Positions 15,508-28,258 of a DNA stretch of 64,000 nt are shown piece by piece. The DNA lies in assembly GCF_001194135.2 (NCBI RefSeq), contig NC_068985.1, positions 32,983,850 to 33,047,849 on the forward strand, in the 5' to 3' direction. A model generated the notes under the pieces. It was not told the DNA's origin. It saw only the letters and a list, made by a program, of their open reading frames with translations, and ran no database searches. Position numbers and translations under genes: made by a program. The number at the start of each line of letters is the position of its first letter. Positions within the stretch are counted from its first letter, which is position 1. The DNA comes from Octopus bimaculoides (Eukaryota).

Positions 15508-15639
15508 TTATTTATTTATGTGTTTCAGCCAAGTGGCTGCGGTCATGCTGGTGCACCATATATATATATAAAGCCTCTGTTAAAGTATTTGAGAAAAATC
15601 ATATTAATGTGTCCAACTGATTAAAATTCTATTTATTTG

Positions 15640-15725
15640 TGCAGCTGATGATAACCCTGCATTTAAATTGATGTAATGATTGCATTGTTCAATTAAATGG
15701 AGCCAATTGAAACGGTCGTACTGCA
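15640..15725 (+). ncRNA. Type I hammerhead-ribozyme-like motif (Penelope pLTR/retrozyme type), possibly degenerate
   Basis: TGCAG-CTGATGA-[57 nt with an internal hairpin]-GAAA-CGGTC-GTA-CTGCA. It has a 5-bp stem I, both conserved core boxes, a GUA cleavage triplet and a minimal self-complementary stem III. The base of stem II pairs poorly. Confidence 0.6.
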
Positions 15726-15826
15726 TCGCTTCTTGTTGCTTTTTTAAAAATTTTATTCACTTTACTTTGAGCTGTGCGGATAATACCGGACTGACTTGGT
15801 GCTTCAATGATCTCAATTATTTCTTT

Positions 15827-15864
<38 letters not shown>

Positions 15865-16700
15865 NNNNNNNNNNNNNNNNNNNNNNNNNNNNNNNNNNNN
15901 NNNNNNNNNNNNNNNNNNNNNNNNNNNNNNNNNNNNNNNNNNNNNNNNNNNNNNNNNNNNNNNNNNNNNNNNNNNNNNNNNNNNNNNNNNNNNNNNNNNN
16001 NNNNNNNNNNNNNNNNNNNNNNNNNNNNNNNNNNNNNNNNNNNNNNNNNNNNNNNNNNNNNNNNNNNNNNNNNNNNNNNNNNNNNNNNNNNNNNNNNNNN
16101 NNNNNNNNNNNNNNNNNNNNNNNNNNNNNNNNNNNNNNNNNNNNNNNNNNNNNNNNNNNNNNNNNNNNNNNNNNNNNNNNNNNNNNNNNNNNNNNNNNNN
16201 NNNNNNNNNNNNNNNNNNNNNNNNNNNNNNNNNNNNNNNNNNNNNNNNNNNNNNNNNNNNNNNNNNNNNNNNNNNNNNNNNNNNNNNNNNNNNNNNNNNN
16301 NNNNNNNNNNNNNNNNNNNNNNNNNNNNNNNNNNNNNNNNNNNNNNNNNNNNNNNNNNNNNNNNNNNNNNNNNNNNNNNNNNNNNNNNNNNNNNNNNNNN
16401 NNNNNNNNNNNNNNNNNNNNNNNNNNNNNNNNNNNNNNNNNNNNNNNNNNNNNNNNNNNNNNNNNNNNNNNNNNNNNNNNNNNNNNNNNNNNNNNNNNNN
16501 NNNNNNNNNNNNNNNNNNNNNNNNNNNNNNNNNNNNNNNNNNNNNNNNNNNNNNNNNNNNNNNNNNNNNNNNNNNNNNNNNNNNNNNNNNNNNNNNNNNN
16601 NNNNNNNNNNNNNNNNNNNNNNNNNNNNNNNNNNNNNNNNNNNNNNNNNNNNNNNNNNNNNNNNNNNNNNNNNNNNNNNNNNNNNNNNNNNNNNNNNNNN
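15865..16700. other. Assembly gap; the other gaps are 28802-29206, 33164-33303, 40150-40249, 42808-43288, 56086-56570 and 62605-63182
   Basis: Runs of N. Six of the seven begin inside dinucleotide microsatellites and one inside an RTE. Confidence 1.
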
Positions 16701-16815
16701 GACAGGCTTCTTTCAGTTTCTACCTACCAAAATCACTGATAAGGCTTTACTTGCTTTTGGGCTAAAGTACAGAGCACTTGCTTAAGATGCCATGCAAGCT
16801 TCTCAACCATACAGC
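16701..16815 (-). mobile_element. SINE family A fragment next to a gap
   Basis: gacaggcttctttcagtttctacctaccaaaatcactgataaggcttt. Confidence 0.7.
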
Positions 16816-18600
16816 CCCCCCCCCCAAGTAAAATCAGGCATGTACTGGTTAATATATTCAAGCTTGTGGAAAACATGTACGTGATCTATAACAACAAGAC
16901 ATTTTATGTATTGATTCTCTTATTTTCTTCATAACACCAATGTGTTTAAAAGTTGGCATTCATTTCTTAAAGTTCCTGATTATGTATTTGTATAATATAG
17001 TAATTCAAACAGGGAAATGTAAAAATTTTCAGTGCGACACAAATAAAAAGCAATTTGGGCTCAGCATGTTTTGGAAGTAGCATTAAACACATGTTCTTGA
17101 ATTAATGTTATTTTTATGTTACATTCATAGTGGAAAATGTAACTGAAAGTAAAATAAGTGAAAACAATGGACATGACTTGGTAGAATAGAAATATAGCAA
17201 TTTGATGTTTCATTCAACTAAAATGTGTTCTTCTGTTGGAACAAACTGAAGGGAAGTATAAAGACCATTTCCATACTGGTTAATTCTGTTTAAAGAAAGT
17301 ACATAAATAGCTTTCTGTGTTTGCATTTACTAAGGAGTGATAGATTGAGTTCTCTGAATTCTTATGTAGCCAGTGTATGACTGAGAAGCATTGTGCTTTG
17401 TTTGGTTCAATAAGCCAGAGAACAACAGTGAACTACCAAAACTCCACTGCATATATGGAGGTCACTACACTCTCTTCATTATAACTCATGACTTTACATC
17501 ATTATTATTAAAGAGGAGTGGAAATTGTAGAGCATTGGACAAAATGTTGCATAGAATTTAATTTCATTGTTTTAAATACAAAGTTAACATTCTATCTTGG
17601 TTGACCTTGCTTTCCATTTTCTGGGGACAGTGAAGTAAGTACTGAGCATTAAGTAGGTCATTCAATTAACTTGATCTCTTCTTCATTAAATATTGCTCTT
17701 GTGCTAATAAGACAAATCAATATAGTATGATGGAGTAACAAGAAATTGTAGTGCAAGACTAAAACATTTTTGATAGTTATTTATGTCTTTTTATGTTCTG
17801 AGATCAAATCTGCCAAAGTTGATAAATTAAGTGCTAGCCATATATTGTTTATTCAACTAACATTCCATACACTGCAAATTTGGGACCTGTTTGTTCTCCG
17901 AGATATCAGTATAATTATTTTTATTGTTGTTGTTTTGATGATTGTACTGCAAAGATATATTCTCTTTTTAAATTTATTCTGCTACATACTTTTCATTTTT
18001 ACTTAGAACTGCTGGCACTTTCACTAACATTATATAGGTATTGATGATACGCCTACCAATTTCTTCTTTCCTAAGACTTTGTGACTACTTGATGAAGTAT
18101 AAATGTTATCTTCAACTCCAGAGCTTCATAAATATAGTGCTTAGGCCGAGATTAAGTTACATAAAGAATTTTTTTAAATGATGAATCTTCCTTGAATAAG
18201 TTACAATCTATCACAGATATCATCGAAAGTTTTGTACTACCATGACCTCTCCAAAGACACAATGAAGTACCTATAGAAAGCTACTCATTGTTAATAAAAT
18301 GCACGTTTTAGTTATACAATCTGTTACCTGCAAGAGACAGTATAGGATTAAAATAGTTATCTACATATACTTAATGTAAATACATTGTTGAAAGATAAAT
18401 TTACTGTAGTATTTGCCCAGAGATATTATTTCTTATGAATGTGCTGTGTTTAAAAACACAATATATTATCAGAAGATGAAAGCCATCTCAGCAGCCACAT
18501 GTGGCTGACTGTAGGTACATACTGTTGACAATGTCCATTGAGGCAGAAATACATCTTGTTTTCTGGCTAGCTGCTGCTGAGACAATTTTCATTTCCCTCC

Positions 18601-19232
18601 AATATATATATATATATATATATATATTTTTATGTACTACTATTAGTTTCATGCAATGAGAGCATGCCAGACAGTATTTTTTAACACGTCTGGTGTCTCA
18701 GCGCAGTCTTCAGGCATTGCCTATATGGCATAACAAACTAAAAATAGGATGATAAGATGAGAGAAAAAGCAAGAAAATAGATTTAAAAGGCAGAAGGTTG
18801 GAAAACCAGAAAATGAAAAAGAAAAACAGAAAGAAGCAAAAGGGGAATTAGTTATTTCTCCTTCAGTAGTTGTAAGCATATCGTTAAGTTCCTGTTGATG
18901 AATTGGAAAGTACCACTCTCTCTGAATTGAAAATCTATACTGCTGACTCTAAGGCACTATCTTTTCAGCCTTTCCTCTTTACGATCAAAGAGGAAATAAC
19001 TAATCCCCACTCCCTTGCTTTTTTTCTGTTTCCTTTTTCATTTTCCAGTATTTCAACCTTCTGCCTTTTATATCTACTTCTTTCTCACTTTTTTTCTCAT
19101 CCTATCATCCTATTTCCAGTTTGTTATGTGAGCAGTGCTTGAAGATTGTGCTGAGACACCAGGCATGTTAAAAGATACCGTCTGGCATGCTCTCATTGCA
19201 TAAAACTAATAGTAGCACATAAAAACATATAT
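18601..19232. mobile_element. Foldback-like long inverted repeat (arms of about 240 bp, spacer of about 120 bp)
   Basis: 18624-18866 matches the reverse complement of about 18985-19230 at roughly 80% (e.g. tgcaatgagagcatgccagac / gtctggcatgctctcattgca). No TSD was found. Confidence 0.8.
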
Positions 19233-22200
19233 TGTGTTTATCAAATAATATTTATCTCTCACCTTTTTTGTTGATCTCAACATCATGGAACACTACACTA
19301 TGTATGTGAGTTTAGAGGGATATATTATCCAGGCAGATACTTGGTAGCTCTCGGTTATGTCCCAGGTTATGCCTAACCACATTGCATTTTTAAATACAGC
19401 ATATCCGTAAGAGATCTCATCTCCAGATAAATGGCCACAGTAAATTTGCCTTTCAGTGATGTGTTTATATTAAACATGATACATAGATGGCTAATTGTAC
19501 AATATTTGTAATAAACAAAAGGTGAGAAATTATATTTAAATTTTAATATAATTTCAAATTGGTTTTCTTAATATTGGGATTTCAAAGTGCTAACATACTG
19601 AATAAAAAGTAAATGCAACTATTAACAAAGAAAATGACTTGTGATATTTTTTCAGTGTTCAATGAAGTATAAAATGTGCTGTGTTCTTTAATGCTTTTTC
19701 AAGTCACTTCACATTTTTAGCTATTTTGATTCATCCTTGTCAGGCATTTTTAGGTATTAACTTTTCAATATGAAATGCATTTGTCCATGAGGGAATGCTG
19801 CAGGTTTTGATCAAATGTATGTGCATTTGTCAGAATAGTTCTGGCAAGTTAACAGCAACTTCACTAAAATGCCTACTTGCATTATTTTAATATCATCACA
19901 CTTTTAATGTCAGGGGAGGGGTAGTTTTTCAAACAGTTTCCTACTTGGGTTTCATTGCTACTGTACGTTTACTTCTTCAATCTCAGTTTCTACAAACATG
20001 TAATACTTATGGAAAGAAAAGAGAAATGGAAAATCAAAAATATTTTAAGCTTAATGCTAAAAGCAAGATTTTTTTTTATATTATTGAAATTTTTTGTATC
20101 TTAATTATAAAATAAATAATATAATTTTGTTTTCAAAATAATATATTGTGAGATTGCCATTTTCACTCTTTTGTTTAAAAATAAAATCTCACTTTTCTTA
20201 CTCATTTGGTGTCTATTGAAGAAAAGATTTTCCTGTTTGTGAAACAGCAATTTTAAATATAATCCTAGCTTTATTAATAAATCTTTAATCTGCAGCTTGT
20301 AGTTTTAAGATTGCTGAGAGAGTGTAGTCTTATATAAACATATGCACACACACACATCCATAAAGCAAAGTGTGTGTGTGTGAGTGTGTGTAATACAATG
20401 AATACTAATAAAAAGTTATGCAAGTGCATGCATCCTGTGAACTTGAGAATAATGCCAACATTGACAGTGAGTGTAGCTTCTCTAAGACAAGTGGCTGATA
20501 ATTACATCATGTTTTAAAGGTTATACCTTTGCAATCCAAGAGATAGCTGCAAGATATTTTTTCAATGAAAAGAGGTAGTTAAGCCATTAAGCCCCAAGGA
20601 GTAACTGAAAATTTTGACAGTACTACCTTTCTTTACAGGATATAAAACATATAATCAGCGGTTACCTCAAAATGTCAAGGTATTATTTTCCTTTGAGGCA
20701 TTATGTTATTGCGAAAACAATATGTTATCTGTCGGAAAGATTGCCCACAGGGTGTGGTGTCAGATTTTTATCAATATAAACACAATAGACTCAATAGTAA
20801 TCTAAGATAGAAGAAAACAAAACTTCTGACGTTGTGGAAATTAGCTCTTTAACAGATAGATGTAAGAATCTAAATAAATAAATAAATACTTTAGAAATTA
20901 CAGATACTATACTCTGATTATCATTTAATGTTCCTATCTATAATTATTATTGCACTTAACTATGATAGCAAAAGTTTAAACAATAACCTTAAAACCTAGA
21001 GGTTCTTGATCAAAGAATAGAAACATTTAATATGTTCTACTACTTCTATCAGGGTATCAGAGAAGTAAAAATATGCAAAACTTTTCTAAAGTTCATTAAG
21101 CAATTCTACAGAGGATTTGTTTTTTAAGGACTGGTTCCTGCTTTATTGGAGAAATTTCAAGATTGAAAATAAGACAAATTTACATAAATACGGTTTGGTA
21201 TGTTCCCAAGTCATTGCCATGTGATAAAATACATCAGTTGCACCACCTCCTATGTGATGGCTATAAGATATTCAGGAAAAAAACTTGCGATACCACCTAT
21301 AGAAAGGTAAGATATGTACCATATCTTTGGAATTAAAGAATATTGGTGAAATATATGAAAATATGTTAATGCACAATATTAGCACTCAGTTTGGTGAATC
21401 TGAATGCAGATTATACATATCTACTTACAGATATATGAACACAAACATGAAGCCAAGTTGACACATTTTTTGTTTTATTTAAATCCCATTGACATAATTA
21501 AAATGGGATTTCTAAAATCTGAGCAATCCAATAGGAACTTAGCTTTTTTTTTTATAGAGCTCACTTTCTTTTTCATAATACATGTTAGTTTCATGAAAGA
21601 AATATTACGTTTAACTTCAGTCTTATGACTAGTCACAATATTTTGCGTCAATAGTATTTCTAATTTATTTACATTTGACACTATTTTCCAATTGTTTAAA
21701 AGAAACATACCTAGTTTTTATTATTTAACTGTGGCAGTGAATTAACTCAGAACATCAAATAAAATTCTTTGTGATATTTATTTCAGTTCTTTACATTCTA
21801 AATTCAAATTCCACCAAGGTCAACTTTGCCTATCAGCCTTTGATCTTTCCAGGGTTGATAAAATAAGCCCTAGTCAAGTACTGGAATCAATAAAATTGAT
21901 TCCTCCTCCTCTCCCCAATAATTTTTGTCTTTGTGCCTATGTTAGAAACAGTTTTCTCCTTATTATTACTCATCAACAGTCAAAATTTTTATATCTGTTA
22001 GGATCTGACTAATATTTTGAACAGTGATACATATATAAGCCAGAACTTTTTCTGTATAATGACAATCACTTACATGAATTAATATTATTGAATATATTCC
22101 AAAATTATATTATGTTGATAAATCATAGTATCAGATTTGTTTATCTGATTGTTTGTGCTATCAATTCAATATAGAACATTCCCATATCACTTTCTTCATC

Positions 22201-22479
22201 ACCAAAAAACAAATTGACTTTATTTATTTATTTAGCTGTTTCAGTACAATTTTAGCTAATTATAATGGTTGTATGACCAGCTTAAGGGTTACTGAGTAAT
22301 GAAACTGGTAACTGCATATTAAGAATCAAAGTTTATATACATGTACACACAGACACATAAATAAATATTCATTTATTCAAATCTGCATGAGAGAGAGAAC
22401 AAGCAAGGAGGGGTTTGGGAAAAGATGAATAATCAATAGAGAAATAGATACTAGTATAATGGTGGAAGGGTTACTGCTG

Positions 22480-22720
22480 GCAGTTTTCAGGTCTTGCAAA
22501 ACCTGTAATCTGATATCGGCATGCATGGCACAATACCAGTTCTCTGACATGTGGCCATCTTCCAGGTGCTGTAACAGGCAATTAAAGGGAATTCTTTCAA
22601 AGATCTTGTAAGTGATGTCAAGACAATGACTGTCTATGGTTATCACAGAAAATTTTCTTTTCTTTCTACATAGGTAGGCAATGGAGGCAGCTCGAGCATA
22701 CCTCCAGCGTCTGCCTCTGT
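22480..22720 (-). mobile_element. Decayed LINE reverse-transcriptase fragment
   Basis: The minus frame CLDITYKIFERIPFNCLLQHLEDGHMSENWY resembles the LINE RT segment ISLL....KIFERI...RL..HLE...L.E.Q.GF. This is a GC-richer island in AT-rich DNA. Confidence 0.55.
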
Positions 22721-25426
22721 AAAATAGTCAGTAAAGGATAGTAAATTTCTGTATTGTACCAAGGTTGGAAAGAGTTGTGGAAGAGTTGATAAAGTGTTTA
22801 ATGTACATCAAACATATATCAGTTTCACATGCCTCTATACAAGAGACTATCTGTGTAGTGGTCACATCCTACACTCTTAAATAAAGAGCACACTGAAGGA
22901 TGTAGTCTTTGATATATACTAAGAGACGAGATGGCCATGGGTAGAAAACTTTTGTTCATAGGGTTGCCCAGTCAGGGTACAACTAATACCTTTGCTGCAA
23001 TTTTGAGAGGTTATGAGAAAAGTTTGGTTGTCCAGACAAGATCATGAACATCATGTATCAATCTTATGTTAGATTGTTTGCTAAAGCATCTGTGGATAAA
23101 TATTTACTGTTTTTCTTGTAACTAAAATAATGAAACCAAGTTTCATGCTCACATAATCTTTAAGGTAGTTATAATTCTTAGCATGTCCTTACTGCAATGA
23201 GAAAAATAATTTTTGCCAACAAGAAATTTATCTTCAGAGAGAAGAAAAGTAGAATGCAGAAAGGATGAATGATTTTCTGTATGGATAGACTATCTAATAC
23301 TGTCTATGAATTTAGGAAGAATAAATGCAGTGAAGTATATGTCATAAATTTCTATGAAAGAAACATGAAAGTATGTCACATTTCTACAAAAGACACCCCC
23401 CACAGTGCAAATTTTACTCTCATTATATTTATAATGAGAGTAAAATTTTTGGAAAGAATACTTCAGAGTAAAACATTTGATTTTGTTGAACCCCCACCTC
23501 TGTACACACACAGCTCTCTCTTTCTCTTTTTCTTTCTCTCTCTCTCTCTCATGCACACGTTTTATCATGAAAAGGTGTCTAGTGTGAAATGCAGTTTAAA
23601 TAGTAATTGAAGATCAAAGTCAAAGCTTGCTAGACATGAACACACACACACACACACAATTATATTTTAATAAACTAGATTAAAACAGATCATAAGTTAA
23701 TTGTTATTCAACTCCAAGTCAACCTTGATCAAGCAATCTTAAATCAAAAGCAGTCTGGCCATGATCCTGCTCATCTTTTTTGCAAATGTATCATTTAATG
23801 TGTCCTTTGTTTTTAAGATGGCAGACTGTGGTAGTGGTGGTGGAATTTGGCTGCTATTTCTAACAAGTTGACTGATTGCATAGAGGCTCCATCATTGATT
23901 CAAGCAGATTAGAATTTACCAAAATAAATGAATAAATAAAATATTAGAATCAGACTTTAACCAAAATATATAGAACAAATAGAGCAAATATTCAAATCAG
24001 CCAAGTTGAAACATCCTATCTACTCTTGCATAACCTTTCTTTGTGTAGCAGAAGCTATTCTTTTAATCTGTTTTAAATATCATTATCTTTTCCCTCTATT
24101 TTTCGTTTTACATTTACACTTTAATGTTGGCATGATTTAGGATAAGTCCATAAATGTGAATACTTCTCTGTATGTTTGGTGCCATGGTTATATGGCTGTA
24201 TGTTCTTTTATAATCATCCCATCAACTGGCAAGTTGATGCAAGTGCAGAGATGACAATTTGGTACTTTGTAATAATATGGTTTTTAATATTTGTGCACAC
24301 TAAATTTTAGTTTTCAATCCTCATACTCTTGCCATTGGGAACATTTAAAATCAATTCATATTAGCTAGACCCCTTCTTGTTGAATTTAAGCATGTTTAAC
24401 CTTGTTACTTCATTCAGTATCCTAAAGTATTAGCTAATCTGAAATTTTAAATTTTTCAAGATTTTTCATTCTTCTTTCTTAGTTAAATTTTTTCATTGTT
24501 CTCTTTCTTGCTTTCAATGTATTCTTTTCTCTCTGACTTTAGGTTTTCTTGATTCAGAAAGATATTATGGAATTAAATGGAGAAAAATGCTAAAAACAAT
24601 ATCAAGTACTAAGCTACTGATATTTTATCTCTACAAACAATTTTCTTTGCCCTATTACATGCATAGTGTAACAGCCTCTTTAGTGTTTTTTTAAAATCTT
24701 TTTTGTGAATTTATGTCAACCGTAAAAGTATATGAAAGCTAAAAAATCAAACATGGATCTTTTCAAAACTCCAGTTTCTTTTGGTAAAATAAGAAAAATA
24801 ATATGGCAATTTCCTTATTAAATTCAGTAAAATGCTTTTTGATTAAAAAGTACTTTTAAAGTTAAATTTCTTATTATTTTGTAACGTTATAAACAGAATT
24901 AATTTCCTTTATAATATACAACAGTTGACAGTCTTGTCTAGTATTGCCTAAACTTCAACACCACCATCATCATTTCAACATGAATTTTCCATGCTAGCAT
25001 AGCTTATAGCAATCTCATTTGTTCACTTAATGAATTTACAAAAGTGTTTGCTCACCACATCCCATATATAACCTGAAATTTTGATTGAATTTCATTTTTT
25101 TTAATGTAGTTATTTTATTCTTATAAAAATAGCTTTTTATGTGGAGAAGTTTAGTTTGAATACTCTTTACATTCATATATATTGCATTAATCTGTTCCTT
25201 ATTCATGTGTACTACCTGAATTTGCTTGTGTATTTGGCTACTTCATATAAGCCTATCTTTTGTTATTTTACATTATATTGGCAGTGGCCAAGTGTGCAAG
25301 GTACCACTTTCTAAGCTAACAATCTGTATTCATATCCCATGGCTGGTTCTGTGTTGTGTACGAGAAAAGACACTGAACATCCTTTGCCCCACCTACATGA
25401 TAGTAGAACAAGTTGGAAATGTAAAG

Positions 25427-25427
<1 letters not shown>

Positions 25428-25496
<69 letters not shown>
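25428..25496. repeat. (GA)n microsatellite; similar tracts are (TC)n 9748-9814 and (GA)n 29477-29515
   Basis: Directly visible. Confidence 0.95.
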
Positions 25497-25500
<4 letters not shown>

Positions 25501-26951
25501 TGTTGGATTGATGATGAATTAATTAGAAATTGTTTAGATAGCTAAAATAACGCTCCATTCATAGGAACTACTTGACATAAGATTTCCTTTCTTCATTTAC
25601 AATTACTTCTTGACCACAATCTTTTCATATTTATTACCCTTATAAATAATTGCATCTGATCTTACTGGAATCTACCAGTTAGCTAAGGTAGGGTCTCAGT
25701 ATTTAGTGATATTTCCTCAGTCAAATTAAATCATAAATCACTACAGGAAATTAAGGCAACTTTTGTTAGGATTCCATTGACTATTGAAATACTACCCAAT
25801 ATATTGCTATAAATATACAGAATATAACACAAAATAGTATAAAGTATTGGGTAAACTCCTGGCAATACTAATAAATATCCATAACCATTCATTATTTCCT
25901 TTTAAAGCCATTTCACTTCACTTAAGCTAAAGTATTTAAAAAAAAAAGCATGTATATTACAACTACACACCTTCTTGTGTCAGTGATAAGACACAAACAA
26001 GTAAAGTCATAAGAGAAATAGAAACAATACAATTCAGTTAGCTTATAAGTCAATGAAAAGGAGAGTGGAGACTAAAACAAAGCTGGAACGAAGACTTGAG
26101 ACAAATATAGATGAGTAGAGAGATTGGACAACACTCAGTTTAACAAAATAAAAATGTTACTTTCTACCACTATATGAAAATTTTTGTGATCAGGCAGACT
26201 TAAGTCATTTCTAATCATAATAAGGGAAGAATATTTTTGAATGCTAGTATTATTTTACTCTTTAAGGTTATCAAAACAACACTATACTAAACATATATCA
26301 TTAAGGTTTTGTTCATGACTGTATAACAGGTTCAGTAATGATCCAAGAGGCATACACTCAAGTATTTTAGACTAAATTCCTTTTGTTATTTGACCATATG
26401 AGCATGCATACATATTCATGCACACACAGTATATAAAAGTAGTATTATAAACAAGTCAGTGGTAGTATATTTGATTTCGTCTATCTTTCTGGTAATCTTT
26501 AGTAGAACTAAAATAACATTCTGCTGAGTCAATAATACAGGACTTTGATTCTTTATTTGGCATCTACCCACTTCTATTCTTATAAGGTTCAGGAGAAAAC
26601 CAGAAAATAAAACTTAGGAACTCCAATCATGGAATGAGAAAAGTCAGAACTTGTTGAAAGACAAACTGGCATCTGTCACTCAGCTGCTGAATGTTAGCAT
26701 TATATTTGGTGTATTTGGAGAGAATACTAACCATAGAAAGATTATTCCAGATTATAATGCTGTGATAGAAAGTGGATTTGAGTTGGAGAATGAAGAAATG
26801 ATCCTTGATTATATCAGTACTATAAGTATAGGATTGAAAGTATTGTTTTCAATGTAAATGTCTGATTGATTATTTGTTTAGTTGGTTGGTTGAGCAAGTG
26901 AATTATTTCCTCTCTAGAACTGAACTTTTGACACCTAACTTAAATTAAATG

Positions 26952-28258
26952 TTGGGTTGTCAAATGAATAATTTTTTCATTTATTTTAGTCTTTATTTTT
27001 CGTCAACAATTTTAACAAATCAGCCAGTAATATATTCTACTTCATTATTCACAACTTCTAGCCAATGTTTCACTAACTTGTCAATGCCTTCACAGTAGAA
27101 ATAATTGGCTCATGAATCAATGAATTCATCAAGCCATATTTTGAGGTCCCTCATTGTTGAACAAAATGCTTTACAGGCTGTTTGAGAGTGGCTGAAAAAG
27201 ATGATATTCTGAAGAAGTTATATCAGGAGAATATGATAGGTGTGTCAGAACTTCCCAACCAAATTCTTGAATAGCATTTTTGGTCAAATTAATGATGTTG
27301 GGACTGGGATTTGTCTGTTGTGTTCAGAGCATATGACCACCATGCATCAAGGTTTTGGACCTTACCCATCAAGTGAAAGTAATGGGGGACAATATCATAA
27401 AAACATACTACTTGCTGGGCCAATTCCTTTGTGGATTGGTGCATATCCTCATGGATGAACTTGTTCAACTGATCCTCTTTGAACTGAACAAATCAGCTGA
27501 AATACAGAAAGTCTGAAGTGTGAAAACCATTTCTGTGCAGTTTTTTCAGTAATAGCACCTTCCCCGTCACCATCATTTAATATTTGTTTTCCATGCTGGC
27601 ATGGGTTTGGATGGCTCGACAGGAACTGGCAAGGCCAGGAGTTGCATCAGATTCCATAGTCTGTTTTGGCTTGGTTTCTACAGTTAGATGCCTTTCCTAA
27701 TGCAAGTCACTTTACAGAATGTACCAAGTGCTTTTTATATGGCACCAGTACCCACACTAATACTTTTTACGTTGTATCTTAGTTTCAAGATCTCAATTCT
27801 GTTGTGGTGGGCGGGTCTTCTTGAATACAGCAATGCACCAGATATCTCATCCTCTGTTGTGTCCTTCATAAGGCTCAGCATGTTTTCCTGAGTCTCCCTC
27901 TTCCACAACTTTCCTCCACTTTCAGTGATTGACATTTTTTTATGCAACTGTCCTCATCCATCTACATCACAGAACACAAATATCTCAGGGGACTTTGGCA
28001 GCTCTGGAGCCTTGCTTGAAAGCAAAGAAAAGCAGGTGTTGAAAATGCTCATTTTTATCTACTTGGTATTCCACTAACATACATCTGAAAAGAGGCAAAA
28101 ATTTATTCAAATTTAAAGAACAATAAATAAAAAATTATAGAGGAGGAATAGAGTTACAAAATTTTTTTTTTTAAATGGTCATAAAACACTGATAAGAGTA
28201 TTTTTGCGTTAATTCAAATAAGATAGGAAAAAATGAAAAAATTTATCTGATGATTTAA
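26952..28258 (-). mobile_element. Decayed mariner element interrupted by an RTE insertion
   Basis: Minus-strand fragments EYQVDKNEHFQHLLFFAFKQGSRAAK (about 28060-27975), GEGAITEKTAQKWF (about 27560-27520), WEVLTHLSYSPDITSSEYHLF and GIDKLVKHWLEVVNNEVEYI (about 27255-27030). There are stops and frameshifts. A TIR-like TTGGGTTGTC lies at 26952; the right end is approximate. Confidence 0.8.
27563..27965 (-). mobile_element. 5'-truncated RTE LINE inserted into the mariner element
   Basis: Minus-strand MDEDSCIKKCQSLKVEESCGKGR (RTE ORF C-terminus), followed by the same 3' UTR family seen at 56571-56803 and a (GAT)-like tail. Confidence 0.75.

Noticed and set aside
15680-16765. Long ORFs in the track spanning N-gaps (also around 28.5-29.3, 33.0-33.4, 40.1, 42.7-43.4 and 62.4-63.3 kb)
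   Set aside because: They are open only because Ns and (TA)n/(TG)n repeats contain no stop in those frames.
22377-22718. Apparent host exon, open on both strands
   Set aside because: Better explained as a LINE RT relic (YKIFERI...HLE...SE).
25285-25400. GC-richer segment with splice-like sites and open frames on both strands
   Set aside because: No recognisable motif, and the strand cannot be decided.
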